Shown: in pieces, positions 40,789 to 50,185 of the stretch | Position numbering within the stretch: position 1 is the first letter of the stretch | Layout of the letters: each line of letters starts with the position of its first letter | NCBI GenBank assembly: GCA_963728375.1 | Contig: CAVSJL010000002.1 | Coordinates: forward strand, 37,322-101,321 | From: an uncultured Alphaproteobacteria bacterium | Lineage (GTDB): Bacteria; Pseudomonadota; Alphaproteobacteria; Sphingomonadales; Sphingomonadaceae | DNA length: 64,000 nucleotides | Direction: 5' to 3' | The notes under the pieces: model-generated | What the model was told of the DNA's origin: nothing | The model's database searches: none | The model's input: the letters and a program-made list of their open reading frames with translations, nothing else | Translations under genes and position numbers: made by a program

Positions 40789-41963
40789 CCGGCAGCCCCG
40801 ATCAGTTCGCGTCCGATCAGCATACGGCGGATCTCGTTCGTGCCTGCGCCGATATCGAGCAGCTTCGCATCGCGAAGGTAGCGCTCCACCGGCCAGTCCT
40901 TGGTATAGCCCGCGCCGCCCAGCGCCTGCACCGCCTCGCCCGCCACGCGGAAGGCGTTCTCGCTCGCCAGCAGGATCGCGCCCGCCGCATCGAAGCGGGT
41001 GGTGTGCCCCGCATCGCAGCTCTTGGCGACCGCGTAAGTATAGGCGCGCGCCGATTGCAGCGCGACGTACATGTCGGCGACTTTGGCCTGCATCAGCTGG
41101 AACGCACCGATCGGCTTGCCGAACTGCTTGCGCTCGCGAAGGTAGGGAATGACCGTGTCGAGGCAGGCCTGCATGATCCCGAGCTGGAGCCCGGCGAGCA
41201 CCACACGCTCGTAATCGAGCCCGCTCATCAGCACGCCGACGCCGCCGTTCAACGGACCCATGATGCGGTCTTCGGGCACGTGGCAATCGTCGAACACGAG
41301 TTCGGCTGTCGGACTGCCGCGCATGCCCATCTTGTCGATCTTCTGGCCGATCGAGAACCCGTCGTCGTCCTTCTCGATCAGGAATGCGGTGATGCCGCGG
41401 CTTCCCGCGCTGCCGTCGGTCTTGGCATAGACCACCAGCGTATCGGCGTAAGTCGCGTTGGTGATCCAGAACTTCGTGCCGTTGAGGACGTAGCCTCCGC
41501 CCTGGCTGTCGGGCACCGCTTCGGCCTTGAGCTTCATCGAGACGACGTCCGACCCGGCGCTCGCCTCGCTCATCGCCAAGCTGCCCACGTGCTCGCCGCT
41601 GATGAGCTTGGGCAAGTATTTCGCCTTCTGCTCGTCGTTGCCCCAGCGGCGGATCTGGTTGACGCACAAGTTCGAATGCGCGCCATAGCTGAGGCCCACG
41701 CTGGCCGAGGCGCGGCTGATTTCCTCGACCGCGATCACGTGCTCGAGATAGCCGAGACCCAGACCGCCCCACTCCTCCTCGACCGTCATGCCGTGCAGGC
41801 CCAGCTCGCCCATCCTGGGCCATAGTTCCTGCGGGAACCAGTCTTCGCGATCGGCCTTCTCGGCGAGCGGTGCGACCTGCTCGTCGGCGAAGCGGGCGAC
41901 CGCATCGCGAATCATGTCGGCGCTCTCGCCGAGCTGGAAATCGAAATCGGGGGTGGCGCGCAA
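40785..41963 (-). CDS. ivd: isovaleryl-CoA dehydrogenase
   Basis: ORF 40785..42035. Start assigned to a TTG 7 nt after the AAGGAGA RBS ([13 protein letters not shown]...). Acyl-CoA dehydrogenase motifs are present; C-terminal ...[17 protein letters not shown]. Confidence 0.9.
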   Translation of the reverse strand: MRATPDFDFQLGESADMIRDAVARFADEQVAPLAEKADREDWFPQELWPRMGELGLHGMTVEEEWGGLGLGYLEHVIAVEEISRASASVGLSYGAHSNLCVNQIRRWGNDEQKAKYLPKLISGEHVGSLAMSEASAGSDVVSMKLKAEAVPDSQGGGYVLNGTKFWITNATYADTLVVYAKTDGSAGSRGITAFLIEKDDDGFSIGQKIDKMGMRGSPTAELVFDDCHVPEDRIMGPLNGGVGVLMSGLDYERVVLAGLQLGIMQACLDTVIPYLRERKQFGKPIGAFQLMQAKVADMYVALQSARAYTYAVAKSCDAGHTTRFDAAGAILLASENAFRVAGEAVQALGGAGYTKDWPVERYLRDAKLLDIGAGTNEIRRMLIGRELIGAAG

Positions 41964-42117
41964 GATCGGTATCTCCTTCGTCGCCCTGCGACTATACCAG
42001 CCCTCACGCCTGCGCAAATCCTGCCTTTCCAACAAGTTGCGCGCAGATCAAGTTCGAAGCTTAAATCCTTGAAGATCGGCGGAAATTGCGATATTTCGCA
42101 GCGAGGGATCGCTACCT

Positions 42118-43636
42118 ATGAAATTCGAACAATCGTCTGGCCCGCCTGCAGGCGAGACGCCTTTGGCCGCATTCCGCGATGAGGATGCGCGCGCCCGGAT
42201 TCTGACCACTTACAAGCTGGAGGCGCTCGAGAACGACGCCGAGCTGGCTGCGATCACCCGCTTTGCGGCACAGCTTTGCAGCGCGTCGATCGCCTTCGTC
42301 AGCGTCGTGGAACGCGATGTGCAGCGCTTCCTCGCGCGCGAGGGGACCGACCTTCGCGAGACACCGCGCGAGTCGAGTTTCTGCGCGCACACGATGGTGC
42401 GGGGCGAAGAGATGGTCGTCACCGATGCGACCCGCGACCCGCGTTTTGCCCACAACGAGCTCGTGACGGGAGAGCCGCACGTTCGCTTTTACGCCGGGGC
42501 ACCGTTGATCTCGCCCGAGGGCGCGCCGCTTGGCGCCTTGTGCGTGATCGACGACGAGGCCCGACCCGAGGGCCTGTCATCGGTCCAGATCGAGGGCCTG
42601 CACGTTCTCGCCAAGGCCGTGATGCGACGGCTCGATTCCCGGCGCAAGGGCCTGGCCGCCGCCACCCGCGAGAGCGAGGGCGCGCGGACCATGCGCGAGA
42701 TTGCCGACCTGCTGCCAGCGATCATCTGGTCCGCGGATGGCGAGGGAAATTTCGACTACTTCAACTCGCGCTGGGGGGAAATGACCGGGCCTCGAGTGCC
42801 CGAAAAGGACCGAGGACTGGCGACCGGTCGTCCATCCCGAAGATGCCGACAGGGTGTTCGGGGCGTGGGCGGACAGCTACGAAGCGGGCAAGCCGTACGA
42901 GAAGCGAGTATCGGCTCAAGCAAGCGGACGGTTCCTGGCGCTGGACGCTTTCGCGAGCCATCGCCTTGCAGAACGGCGAGGGACGGTTCGCCGCTGGTAC
43001 GGCACGCTGACCGATATCGATACCAGCCACCGCGTGTCCGAAAGCCGCGACCTGCTGGCGCGCGAGCTGTCGCACCGGATCAAGAACATTTTCGCCGTGG
43101 TCGCCGGTCTCGTCTCTATTCGCGCCCGCCGGCACGAGGCCGCGCGCGAGTTCGCGGACGAACTGGTCGACGCGATCCGGGCGCTCGGCCGGGCGCACGA
43201 TTTCGTCCGTCCGGTCGAAGGGGCCAAGGGTGATAGCCTGCGCGGCCTGCTGACCGAGTTGATGGCGCCCTATTCGGACGATCGCGAGCGTATCGAGATC
43301 GGCGGCAAGGATTGCTCGATCGGCCCGCGCGCGGCGACGCCGCTGGCGCTGGTCTTCCACGAACTCGCGACCAATTCCGCCAAGTACGGCGCGCTGTCGG
43401 TCGAGGGCGGGTCCGTGTTCATCGAGATCGACTGCCCGGAGGATGATGGAGAAGCGGGAATCACATGGCGCGAGGAAGGCGGTCCGTCGACCAGCCAGCC
43501 CGGCGCCGAGGGCTTCGGATCGCGGCTCGTCCAGATGGCCATCGAAGGGCAGCTGGGCGGCAAGATGGAACGACGCTTCCTGGAGGGCGGACTCGAAGTC
43601 GACCTGACGATCCCGGTGTCCGCTATCCGCACCTAG
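42118..43636 (+). pseudogene. GAF-PAS-HWE/HisKA_2 sensor histidine kinase; three apparent frameshifts (~42800, ~42904, ~42975)
   Basis: The GAF region is in ORF 42118... The PAS region is split: FDYFNSRWGEMTG / DWRPVVHPEDADRVFGAWADSYEAGKPYEK / EYRLKQADGSWRWTLSRAIALQNGEG / VRRWYGTLTDIDTSHR. The H-box ELSHRIKNIF and the ATPase domain are in ORF 42854..43636. Confidence 0.75.
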
Positions 43637-43669
43637 CCGCCGGACGCCGCGGCGGTTAGGCTGGCGGCG

Positions 43670-44418
43670 ATGCTTTCGTTCGAGACCGTGACCAGGCGCT
43701 TCGGCGCGCTCGCCGCCGTCGATGCGGTTTCGGCAACGGTCCCCACGGGTCAGTTCGTCGCGCTCGTCGGCGCATCGGGGTCGGGCAAGTCGACCCTGCT
43801 CGGCATGGCAAACCGGCTCGTCGAGCCCGACGAGGGCCGCGTACTCGTCGCGGGCGAACCGGTACGCGGCCAGCCGCTGCCCGCCCTGCGGCGGCGGATC
43901 GGCTATGTGTTCCAGTCGATCGGGCTGTTCCCCCACATGGATGTTGCTGCCAATGTCGGGATCGGGCCGCGCGTCGCGGGCGAGCCGCTGGCGCAAGCGA
44001 GCGGATCGGCGAACTGCTCGATCTTGTCGGGCTCGAAGCCGAACATGCCCGCCGGATGCCTGACGAACTGTCGGGCGGACAGCGCCAGCGGGTCGCCGTG
44101 GCCCGCGCGCTCGCGGCGGGGCCCGAACTGCTGCTGCTCGACGAGGCGTTCGGCGCGCTCGATCCGGTTACCCGCGACGCGCTGGGCAAGCGGGTGCGCG
44201 AACTGCACGAGCGGCTTGGCCTGACGACGGTGCTGGTGACTCACGACATGGCCGAGGCGCTGCTGCTCGCCGACCGCGTGCTGGTGATGGAGGCGGGCCG
44301 CATCGTCGCCGACGAGACGCCGCACGCGCTGCTCGGCGGCGCGGGAGGAGAGGCGGCCCAGGCGCTCGTCGCGGTCCCGCGCGAGCAGGCCGATGCGCTC
44401 GAGGCGTTGCGCCGATGA
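43670..44418 (+). pseudogene. osmoprotectant-type ABC transporter ATP-binding protein; apparent frameshift ~43990
   Basis: Walker [10 protein letters not shown] is in ORF 43670... [37 protein letters not shown] and [12 protein letters not shown] are in ORF 44056..44418. Confidence 0.75.
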
Positions 44419-45953
44419 ACGATACGCTCGCGGCCCTCCTGACGCTCGGCGACAAGCTGGCCGCGCACGTCGTGCTCGCCGCATCGGCGCTGGCGCTGGG
44501 GATCGCGGTGGCGCTGCCGCTGGCGGTCTGGGCGAGCCGCTCGCGCGCCGTGGCCCGCGCCGCGCTCGGGTTCGCAAGCCTCGTCCAGACGATCCCGGCG
44601 CTCGCGCTGCTGGCGCTGTTCTTCCCCGTGCTCCTGAGCTTGCGCGGAGTGTTCGGCGAAAGCCTGCCGACGCTGGGATTTCTTCCAGCGCTGCTCGCAT
44701 TGGCGCTCTACGCCCTGCTGCCGATCCTGCGCAACGCGGTGACCGCGCGCGCGCGAGATGGAACCCGGCGTGCTCGAAGCGGCAGACGCGGTGGGCATGA
44801 CCGGCTGGCAGAAGCTGCGCATCGTCGAGGCGCCGCTTGCCGCGCCGTTCGTGATGGCGGGCGTGCGCACCGCGGCGGTGTGGACCATCGGCGCGGCGAC
44901 ACTGTCGACCACCGTAGGCCAGCCAAGCCTCGGCGATCCGATCTTCGCCGGGCTGCAGACGCAGAACTGGTCGCTCGTGCTGGCCGGGTGCTTCGCGGCA
45001 GCCGGGACTGGCGATGGCGACCGACGCGTTGCTGGCACTGATCGAGAGCGGCCTCAAGACCCGGCGCCGGTGGCGGGTGTGGCTCGGCGTCGCCATGATC
45101 GCGCTCGGCCTCGCCGCCGCGATCTGGCAGGGACGCACGCGCGCAGCAGGCGACGAAACGATCGTTATCGGCGCCAAGACCTTCGCCGAGCAATACGTCC
45201 TCGCGCGGCTGATCGGCGACCGGCTCGAGGAGGCGGGATACCGCGTGGCCTACCGCGACGGGCTCGGCTCGGCGGTGGTGCAGAGCGCGCTCGAAGGCGG
45301 CGCGATCGACGTCGCGGTCGATTACACCGGCACGCTGTGGGCGAACCAGCTCAAGCGCGAGGACCGCGTGACGCCGGACGAGATGCTGGCGACGCTGTCG
45401 CGCGTGGGAGCAGGAACGCGGCGTCGCGCTGGTCGGGCGGCTCGGGTTCGAGAATGCCTACGCCTTCGCGATGCGCGGCGACCGCGCCGCCTCGCTCGGC
45501 ATCGCGTCGCTGGGCGACCTTGCGAACATTGCGCCCCGGCTTGTCGTGGGCGGCGACCCGGAGTTCTTCCAGCGGCCCGAATGGCGCGCGGTCGAAAGTG
45601 CCTACGGCCTGCGGTTCGCCCGCCAGCGGACCTTCTCGCCGACCTTCATGTACGACGCGCTCGCCTCGGGCGAGGCCGACGTGATCAGCGCCTACACCTC
45701 CGACGGACGGATCGCGGCGGACAACCTGACAGTGCTTGCCGACCCGAAACGCGCGCTGCCCAACTACGACGCGATCGTGCTGGTGGGTACCGCGCACGCC
45801 GACGACGAGCGCCTGCTGGCGGCGATCCGCCCGCTGCTCGGCGCGATCGACGTCGCCGACATGCGCCAGGCCAATTTCATGGTCGACCGGACCGAGGACA
45901 AGAAGACCCCCGCCGAGGCCGCCGAGTGGCTCGCCGGGCGGATCGAACCCTGA
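44415..45953 (+). pseudogene. fused ABC permease / glycine-betaine-type substrate-binding protein; three apparent frameshifts (~44750, ~45005, ~45402)
   Basis: The gene is spread over four ORFs (44415.., 44758.., 45014.., 45471..): permease TM segments with LEAADAVGMTGWQKLRIVEAPLA, then an SBP domain (IVIGAKTFAEQYVLARL ... AVDYTGTLW ... LGFENAYAFAMR ... ISAYTSDGRI). ATGA overlap with the ATPase gene. Confidence 0.7.
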
Positions 45954-46367
45954 TCAGTTGGCGCGGCTCCACACCTGCGTCTGGCAGAACGGCCCGATGC
46001 AGCCCTTTACCTCGAGCTTGGAGGCGCTCTTGCGGCGCACCACCGAGCGATACGACCGGCCGCTCTTGGGATCGTAGATCGTCCCTCGCCAGAGGTCGCC
46101 GTCCTGCTTGAACCCGCTGAGGATGGTAAGGCCCAGCACGCGCCGGTTGCGCAGCGACTTGTCAGGGTTGTTGACGTCGCGCTGGTCGACGCCCTGCGGC
46201 GGAACTTTGAGGAACTTGACCAGCCGCCCGCAACGCGTGGAGCCGCAATCGGCGATGCGAATCTCGCCGCTCTTTTCCGCGGTGACCCACAGCCCGTCGA
46301 TCGGCGCGGCGGCGGCCAGCGGCGTGGCGACGGCAAGCGCGGCCAGCGCGATGAGACCTTTCAGCAA
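45954..46367 (-). CDS. DUF2147 periplasmic protein
   Basis: The 3' part of the chimeric ORF 45954..48137. TTG start 8 nt after AGGAG (a GTG at 46376 is also possible). Signal peptide, then GLWVTAEKSGEIRIADCG...WRGTIYDPKSGRSY...LEVKGC. Confidence 0.75.
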   Translation of the reverse strand: MLKGLIALAALAVATPLAAAAPIDGLWVTAEKSGEIRIADCGSTRCGRLVKFLKVPPQGVDQRDVNNPDKSLRNRRVLGLTILSGFKQDGDLWRGTIYDPKSGRSYRSVVRRKSASKLEVKGCIGPFCQTQVWSRAN

Positions 46368-46372
46368 CCCGG

Positions 46373-47450
46373 TCACTCCTGTTCGAAACCCACGCCGTGC
46401 GGCCAGTCGGCGGCGGCGAGGCCCATGACCTTGAACAGGTGGCCCATCTGGTCCTCGGCGGCAAGCCGGTCGCGCGCGGCGTAGAGCTCGGCGCGCAATT
46501 GCGGGGTGCGCGTGGCGAGCGCTTCGGCGCGGGTGTCGATGCCGAGCGCCTTCAACCACTCGCCTTGCGTGGGGGTGCCCATCCAGCGCGACTCCGCGCG
46601 ACTGCGCGACCCGCGCGAGCGTCGCGAAGTCGACATGCGCGGTCAGGTCCGCCTCGCCCGGCGCGGAGAACGGATCGACCTTGCGATGCGCGCGCACCGC
46701 CTGGATCGTCGAGCCCGCGCGGTTGTCGGTGTGGCCGTAGTCGATCAGCAAGGCGCACCCGCCCTGCACCGCAAGCCGCCCGGCGATTTCGCCCACGACC
46801 GCTGCTGCCGCCGGACTGGTCTCGATGATCGTGCCCTGCCGCCCCTCGCGCCACGAAGGCGGCACGGCCGCATCCATCGGCTGCGCACCGATCGTGTAGA
46901 TGAACTTGTCGCCGTCGAGCCCGACCATCCGCTCGCGCCAGCCCTCCGCCGCGCGGACGAGCTGGCGAACGGGCAGCGCATCGAGGAACTCGTTGCCGAC
47001 GATCAGCAGCGGGCGGTCGGACGGGAGGGTTTCGAGGTCGCCGTGGAACTGCGCCTGCGGGACCGCTTCGAGCTGGACTTGCCTGAGCGCGGGCGAGCTT
47101 TCGACGAAGTGGATCTCCGGCGCGAGCCCGTAGCGCATCATCGTGCGCAGCGCGTCCTTCGCCAGCGTGCCGCGTCCCGGACCCAGCTCGACGTAGGCGG
47201 CCGGGTCCGGGCGCCCTGCGCGAATCCACATGTCGGCGAGCCATAGCCCGATCAGTTCGCCGAACATCTGGCTGATCTCGGGCGCGGTGACGAAGTCCCC
47301 GCCCGCCCCGATCGGATCACGCGAGGTGTAATAGCGCGCGTTCGATTCGGCCATGAAATGCGCCAGGCTGATCGGCCCGGTGGTGCGGATCAGGCGCCGG
47401 AATACCTCGGCGAGCGGTCGCTCGCGCGCGTTCGTCGATGTCTCGCTCAT
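46373..47450 (-). pseudogene. SAM-dependent methyltransferase (DUF185 / MidA-NDUFAF7-like); apparent frameshift ~46590
   Basis: MSETSTNARERPLAEVF...DFVTAPEISQMFGEL...ELGPGRGTLAKD...VDFATLARVAQSRG is in one frame. ...WMGTPTQGEWLKALGIDTRAEAL... continues in ORF 46373..46636. ATGA overlap with lgt. Confidence 0.75.
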
Positions 47451-48361
47451 GCCGCGGCGGGTTGCGCGGCGTGGCTCCCCAGCGGCGGACGGATCAGCGC
47501 GCGGATCGCCACCGCCACGCCCAGCAGGATCAGCGGGATCGTCAGCCACTGGCCCATGCTGAGGCCGGTCGAGCGGGCGAATTCGGCAAGCTGCGCGTCG
47601 GGCTCGCGGAAGAATTCGACCGTGAAGCGGGCGAGCGCGATGCCGGCGGTGAACACGCCCACCAGCAGCCCCGGCCGCCAGCGCGCCTTCGTTTTCCAGA
47701 ACAGCAGCAGCATGACCACGATCAGCAGCGCACCTTCGAGGCCGGCTTCGTAGAGCTGGCTCGGGTGGCGCGGCAGTTGCGCGGGGTCCTGCGGGAAGAT
47801 CATCGCCCACGCCACGTCGGTCGGGCGGCCCCACAGCTCGCCGTTGATGAAGTTGGCGAGGCGGCCGAACATCATCCCGAACGCAACGTTGACCGAGATG
47901 TAGTCGGCGGTGCGCAGGAAGCTGATCCTGTTGCGCCAGCAGACCCATGCGATCGCGACCAGCACCCCGATCACGCCGCCGTGGAAGCTCATCCCGCCGT
48001 CCCACAGCCGCAGCAGGTCCCAGCTCGGCGTCGCGCCCGGGGTGAAATGGGTGAGCATGCTCGGCTCGTCGCTCGTCCCGCCGGTGTAGAACAGCGCATA
48101 GCCGAGCCGCCCGCCGATGATGATGCCGAGCGTGCAATAGAAGAACAGGTCGTCGGCATGGCGCTGCGCCATCGGGCTGCCGGGCGCCTTGATCATCCTG
48201 GTAAGGTGCCAGTAGCCCAGCACGATTCCCGCGAGATAGGCGAGCGAGTAGAACCGCAGTTCGAAGAAGCCGAGGTCGATTCCCCTACGGAGTCCGAGGT
48301 CTTCGAAATGCAGGTACTGGTGGGCGTCCTGAGTCGCCGCGGCGAGTAGTGACAGCAGCAC
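47447..48361 (-). CDS. lgt: prolipoprotein diacylglyceryl transferase
   Basis: 304 aa. Motifs: GRLANFINGELWGRPT, HPSQLYEAGLEG. Confidence 0.93.
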   Translation of the reverse strand: MLLSLLAAATQDAHQYLHFEDLGLRRGIDLGFFELRFYSLAYLAGIVLGYWHLTRMIKAPGSPMAQRHADDLFFYCTLGIIIGGRLGYALFYTGGTSDEPSMLTHFTPGATPSWDLLRLWDGGMSFHGGVIGVLVAIAWVCWRNRISFLRTADYISVNVAFGMMFGRLANFINGELWGRPTDVAWAMIFPQDPAQLPRHPSQLYEAGLEGALLIVVMLLLFWKTKARWRPGLLVGVFTAGIALARFTVEFFREPDAQLAEFARSTGLSMGQWLTIPLILLGVAVAIRALIRPPLGSHAAQPAAA

Positions 48362-48476
48362 TTTTGATCCTTACCCTTGAGGGCATCCCGCACGGTGGAT
48401 GGCCCTTTTCGAGCGCGTCTTTGGCATAGCGCGGCGGCGGGCGAAACCCCGGTGGGCAACAGCGGAAGAGGAATTG

Positions 48477-50185
48477 ATGGCGACAGAGCTCGACAGGGAC
48501 ATCCAGCGCATTTCGGACCAGATGACCGGCGCGGGGCAAATGTTCGAAACGCACATGATCGAGCGGCGCGGGGTGAAGATGCCCGCGTTCGTCAAGGCGC
48601 CGCCCACGCTGGCGCATTACGTCGCGCATTTTTCGAACGAGCATAAGGACAAGCTGTTCATCGTCGATGGCGACCAGCGGCTGACCTTCGCCGATATCTA
48701 CGAGCGCCGCAACCCACGTCGCCCACGGCCTCGTGTCGCGACACGGGATGCAACGCGGCGACCGCGTGGGCATCGCCGCGCGCAATTCGGCGAACTGGAT
48801 CGTCGCCTATCTCGGCGTGCTGATGGGCGGCGGCTGCGCCACCCTGCTCAACGGCTGGTGGACCGGAGAGGAGCTCGCCTTCGGCATCGACCTGTGCGAA
48901 TGCTCGCTTATCCTCGCCGACCCGCAGCGCGCCGCGCGGCTCGACGGAACCGAGCATGGCGGCAAGACGATCGTCTTCACTCACGACGGCCCGCCGGCGG
49001 CCGGGCTCGAGCCGATCTGGGGCGATGGCGATACCGCCGCGACGATGCTCGGCACGCTTCGTCCCGACGATCTGGCGACGATTCTCTACACTTCGGGCAG
49101 CACGGGCTCGCCCAAGGGCGCCTATTCGGACCATCTCGGCGTCGTCAGCGGGGTGATGAACTACGTCGCCCAGACCGCGATGATCCTGCAGGTCCTGACC
49201 GAGCGGAACGAAGCGCCGACGGTGCAGCCCAGCGCGCTGGTCGCGGTGCCGCTGTTCCACGTTACCGGCGAAATCCCGCTGTTCCTCCAGAGCTTCGCAA
49301 TGGGCCGCAAACTGGTCCTGATGCCCAAGTGGGACGCGAGCGAGGCGCTGCGCCTGCTCGACGAGGAGAAGATCACCTATTTCGTCGGCGTTCCGCTGAT
49401 GAGCTACGAGCTCGCCACGCATCCCGACCGCGACAAGTACGACCTGTCGCAGTGCAAGAGCTTCGCCGCCGGCGGCGCGCCGCGCCCGCCCGAGCACGTG
49501 ACCAAGATCCGCGAGGCGTTTCCCGACGGCTATCCGCTGCTCGGCTATGGCCTGACCGAGACCAACGCGGTCGGCGCGGGCAACCTCAACGAGAATTACA
49601 TGGCCAAGCCCGGTTCGACCGGCACCGCCTCGAAGCCGCTGGTGGACATGGCCATTCTCGACGAAGACGGCAAAGCGCTGTCGCAAGGACAGGTGGGCGA
49701 AGTCTGCATCCGCTCGGTGTGCAACTTCCTCGGCTACTGGAAGAACGAGGAGGCTACCCGCAGCGCCTATACGGCGGACGCCTATTTCCGCACCGGCGAC
49801 CTCGGCTTCCTCGACGAGGACGGCTACCTGTTCATCGTCGACCGCAAGAAGGACATCATCATCCGCGGCGGCGAAAACATCAGCTGCATCGAGGTCGAGC
49901 AGGAGATCTACGCTCACCCGCACATCGCCGAATGCTCGGTCTTCGGCCTGCCCGACGAGCGGCTGGGCGAGATTCCCGGCGGCGGTCTATCTGGTCAAGG
50001 AAGGCCATTCGGTCGCGCCCGAGGACCTCAAGGAATTCCTTGCCGAGCGCATGGCCAGGTTCAAGATCCCGCAATACCTCTGGCAGACCGACCAGCCCCT
50101 GCCGCGGCTGGGTACCCAGAAGATCGACAAGCGCGCGCTGCGCACCCGTTTCGAGGATCGTGCGGAGGAAGCGGGAGCCGCTTGA
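48477..50185 (+). pseudogene. AMP-dependent acyl-CoA synthetase; two apparent frameshifts (~48705, ~49978)
   Basis: The N-terminus is in ORF 48399... The core, with YTSGSTGSPKG, GYGLTETN and GDLGFLDEDGYLFIVDRKKDIIIRGGENI, is in ORF 48733... The C-terminus AVYLVKEGHSVAPEDLKEFLAERMARFKIPQYLWQTDQPLPRLGTQKIDKRALR...* is in a third frame, ending at 50185. Confidence 0.75.

Noticed and set aside
42030-42117. A regulator site (LiuR-type) or DnaA boxes in the lower-GC ivd / kinase divergent spacer
   Set aside because: Only short restriction-site-like palindromes (TTCGAA, AAGCTT) and an imperfect GCGAAATATCGC were found. I cannot recall a consensus with enough confidence to match it.
45954-48137. A single 727-aa minus-strand ORF
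   Set aside because: It is a chimera. Its 3' third is the DUF2147 gene, its middle is the main frame of the midA-like methyltransferase, and its 5' part is an out-of-frame read through lgt. It is not a real polyprotein.
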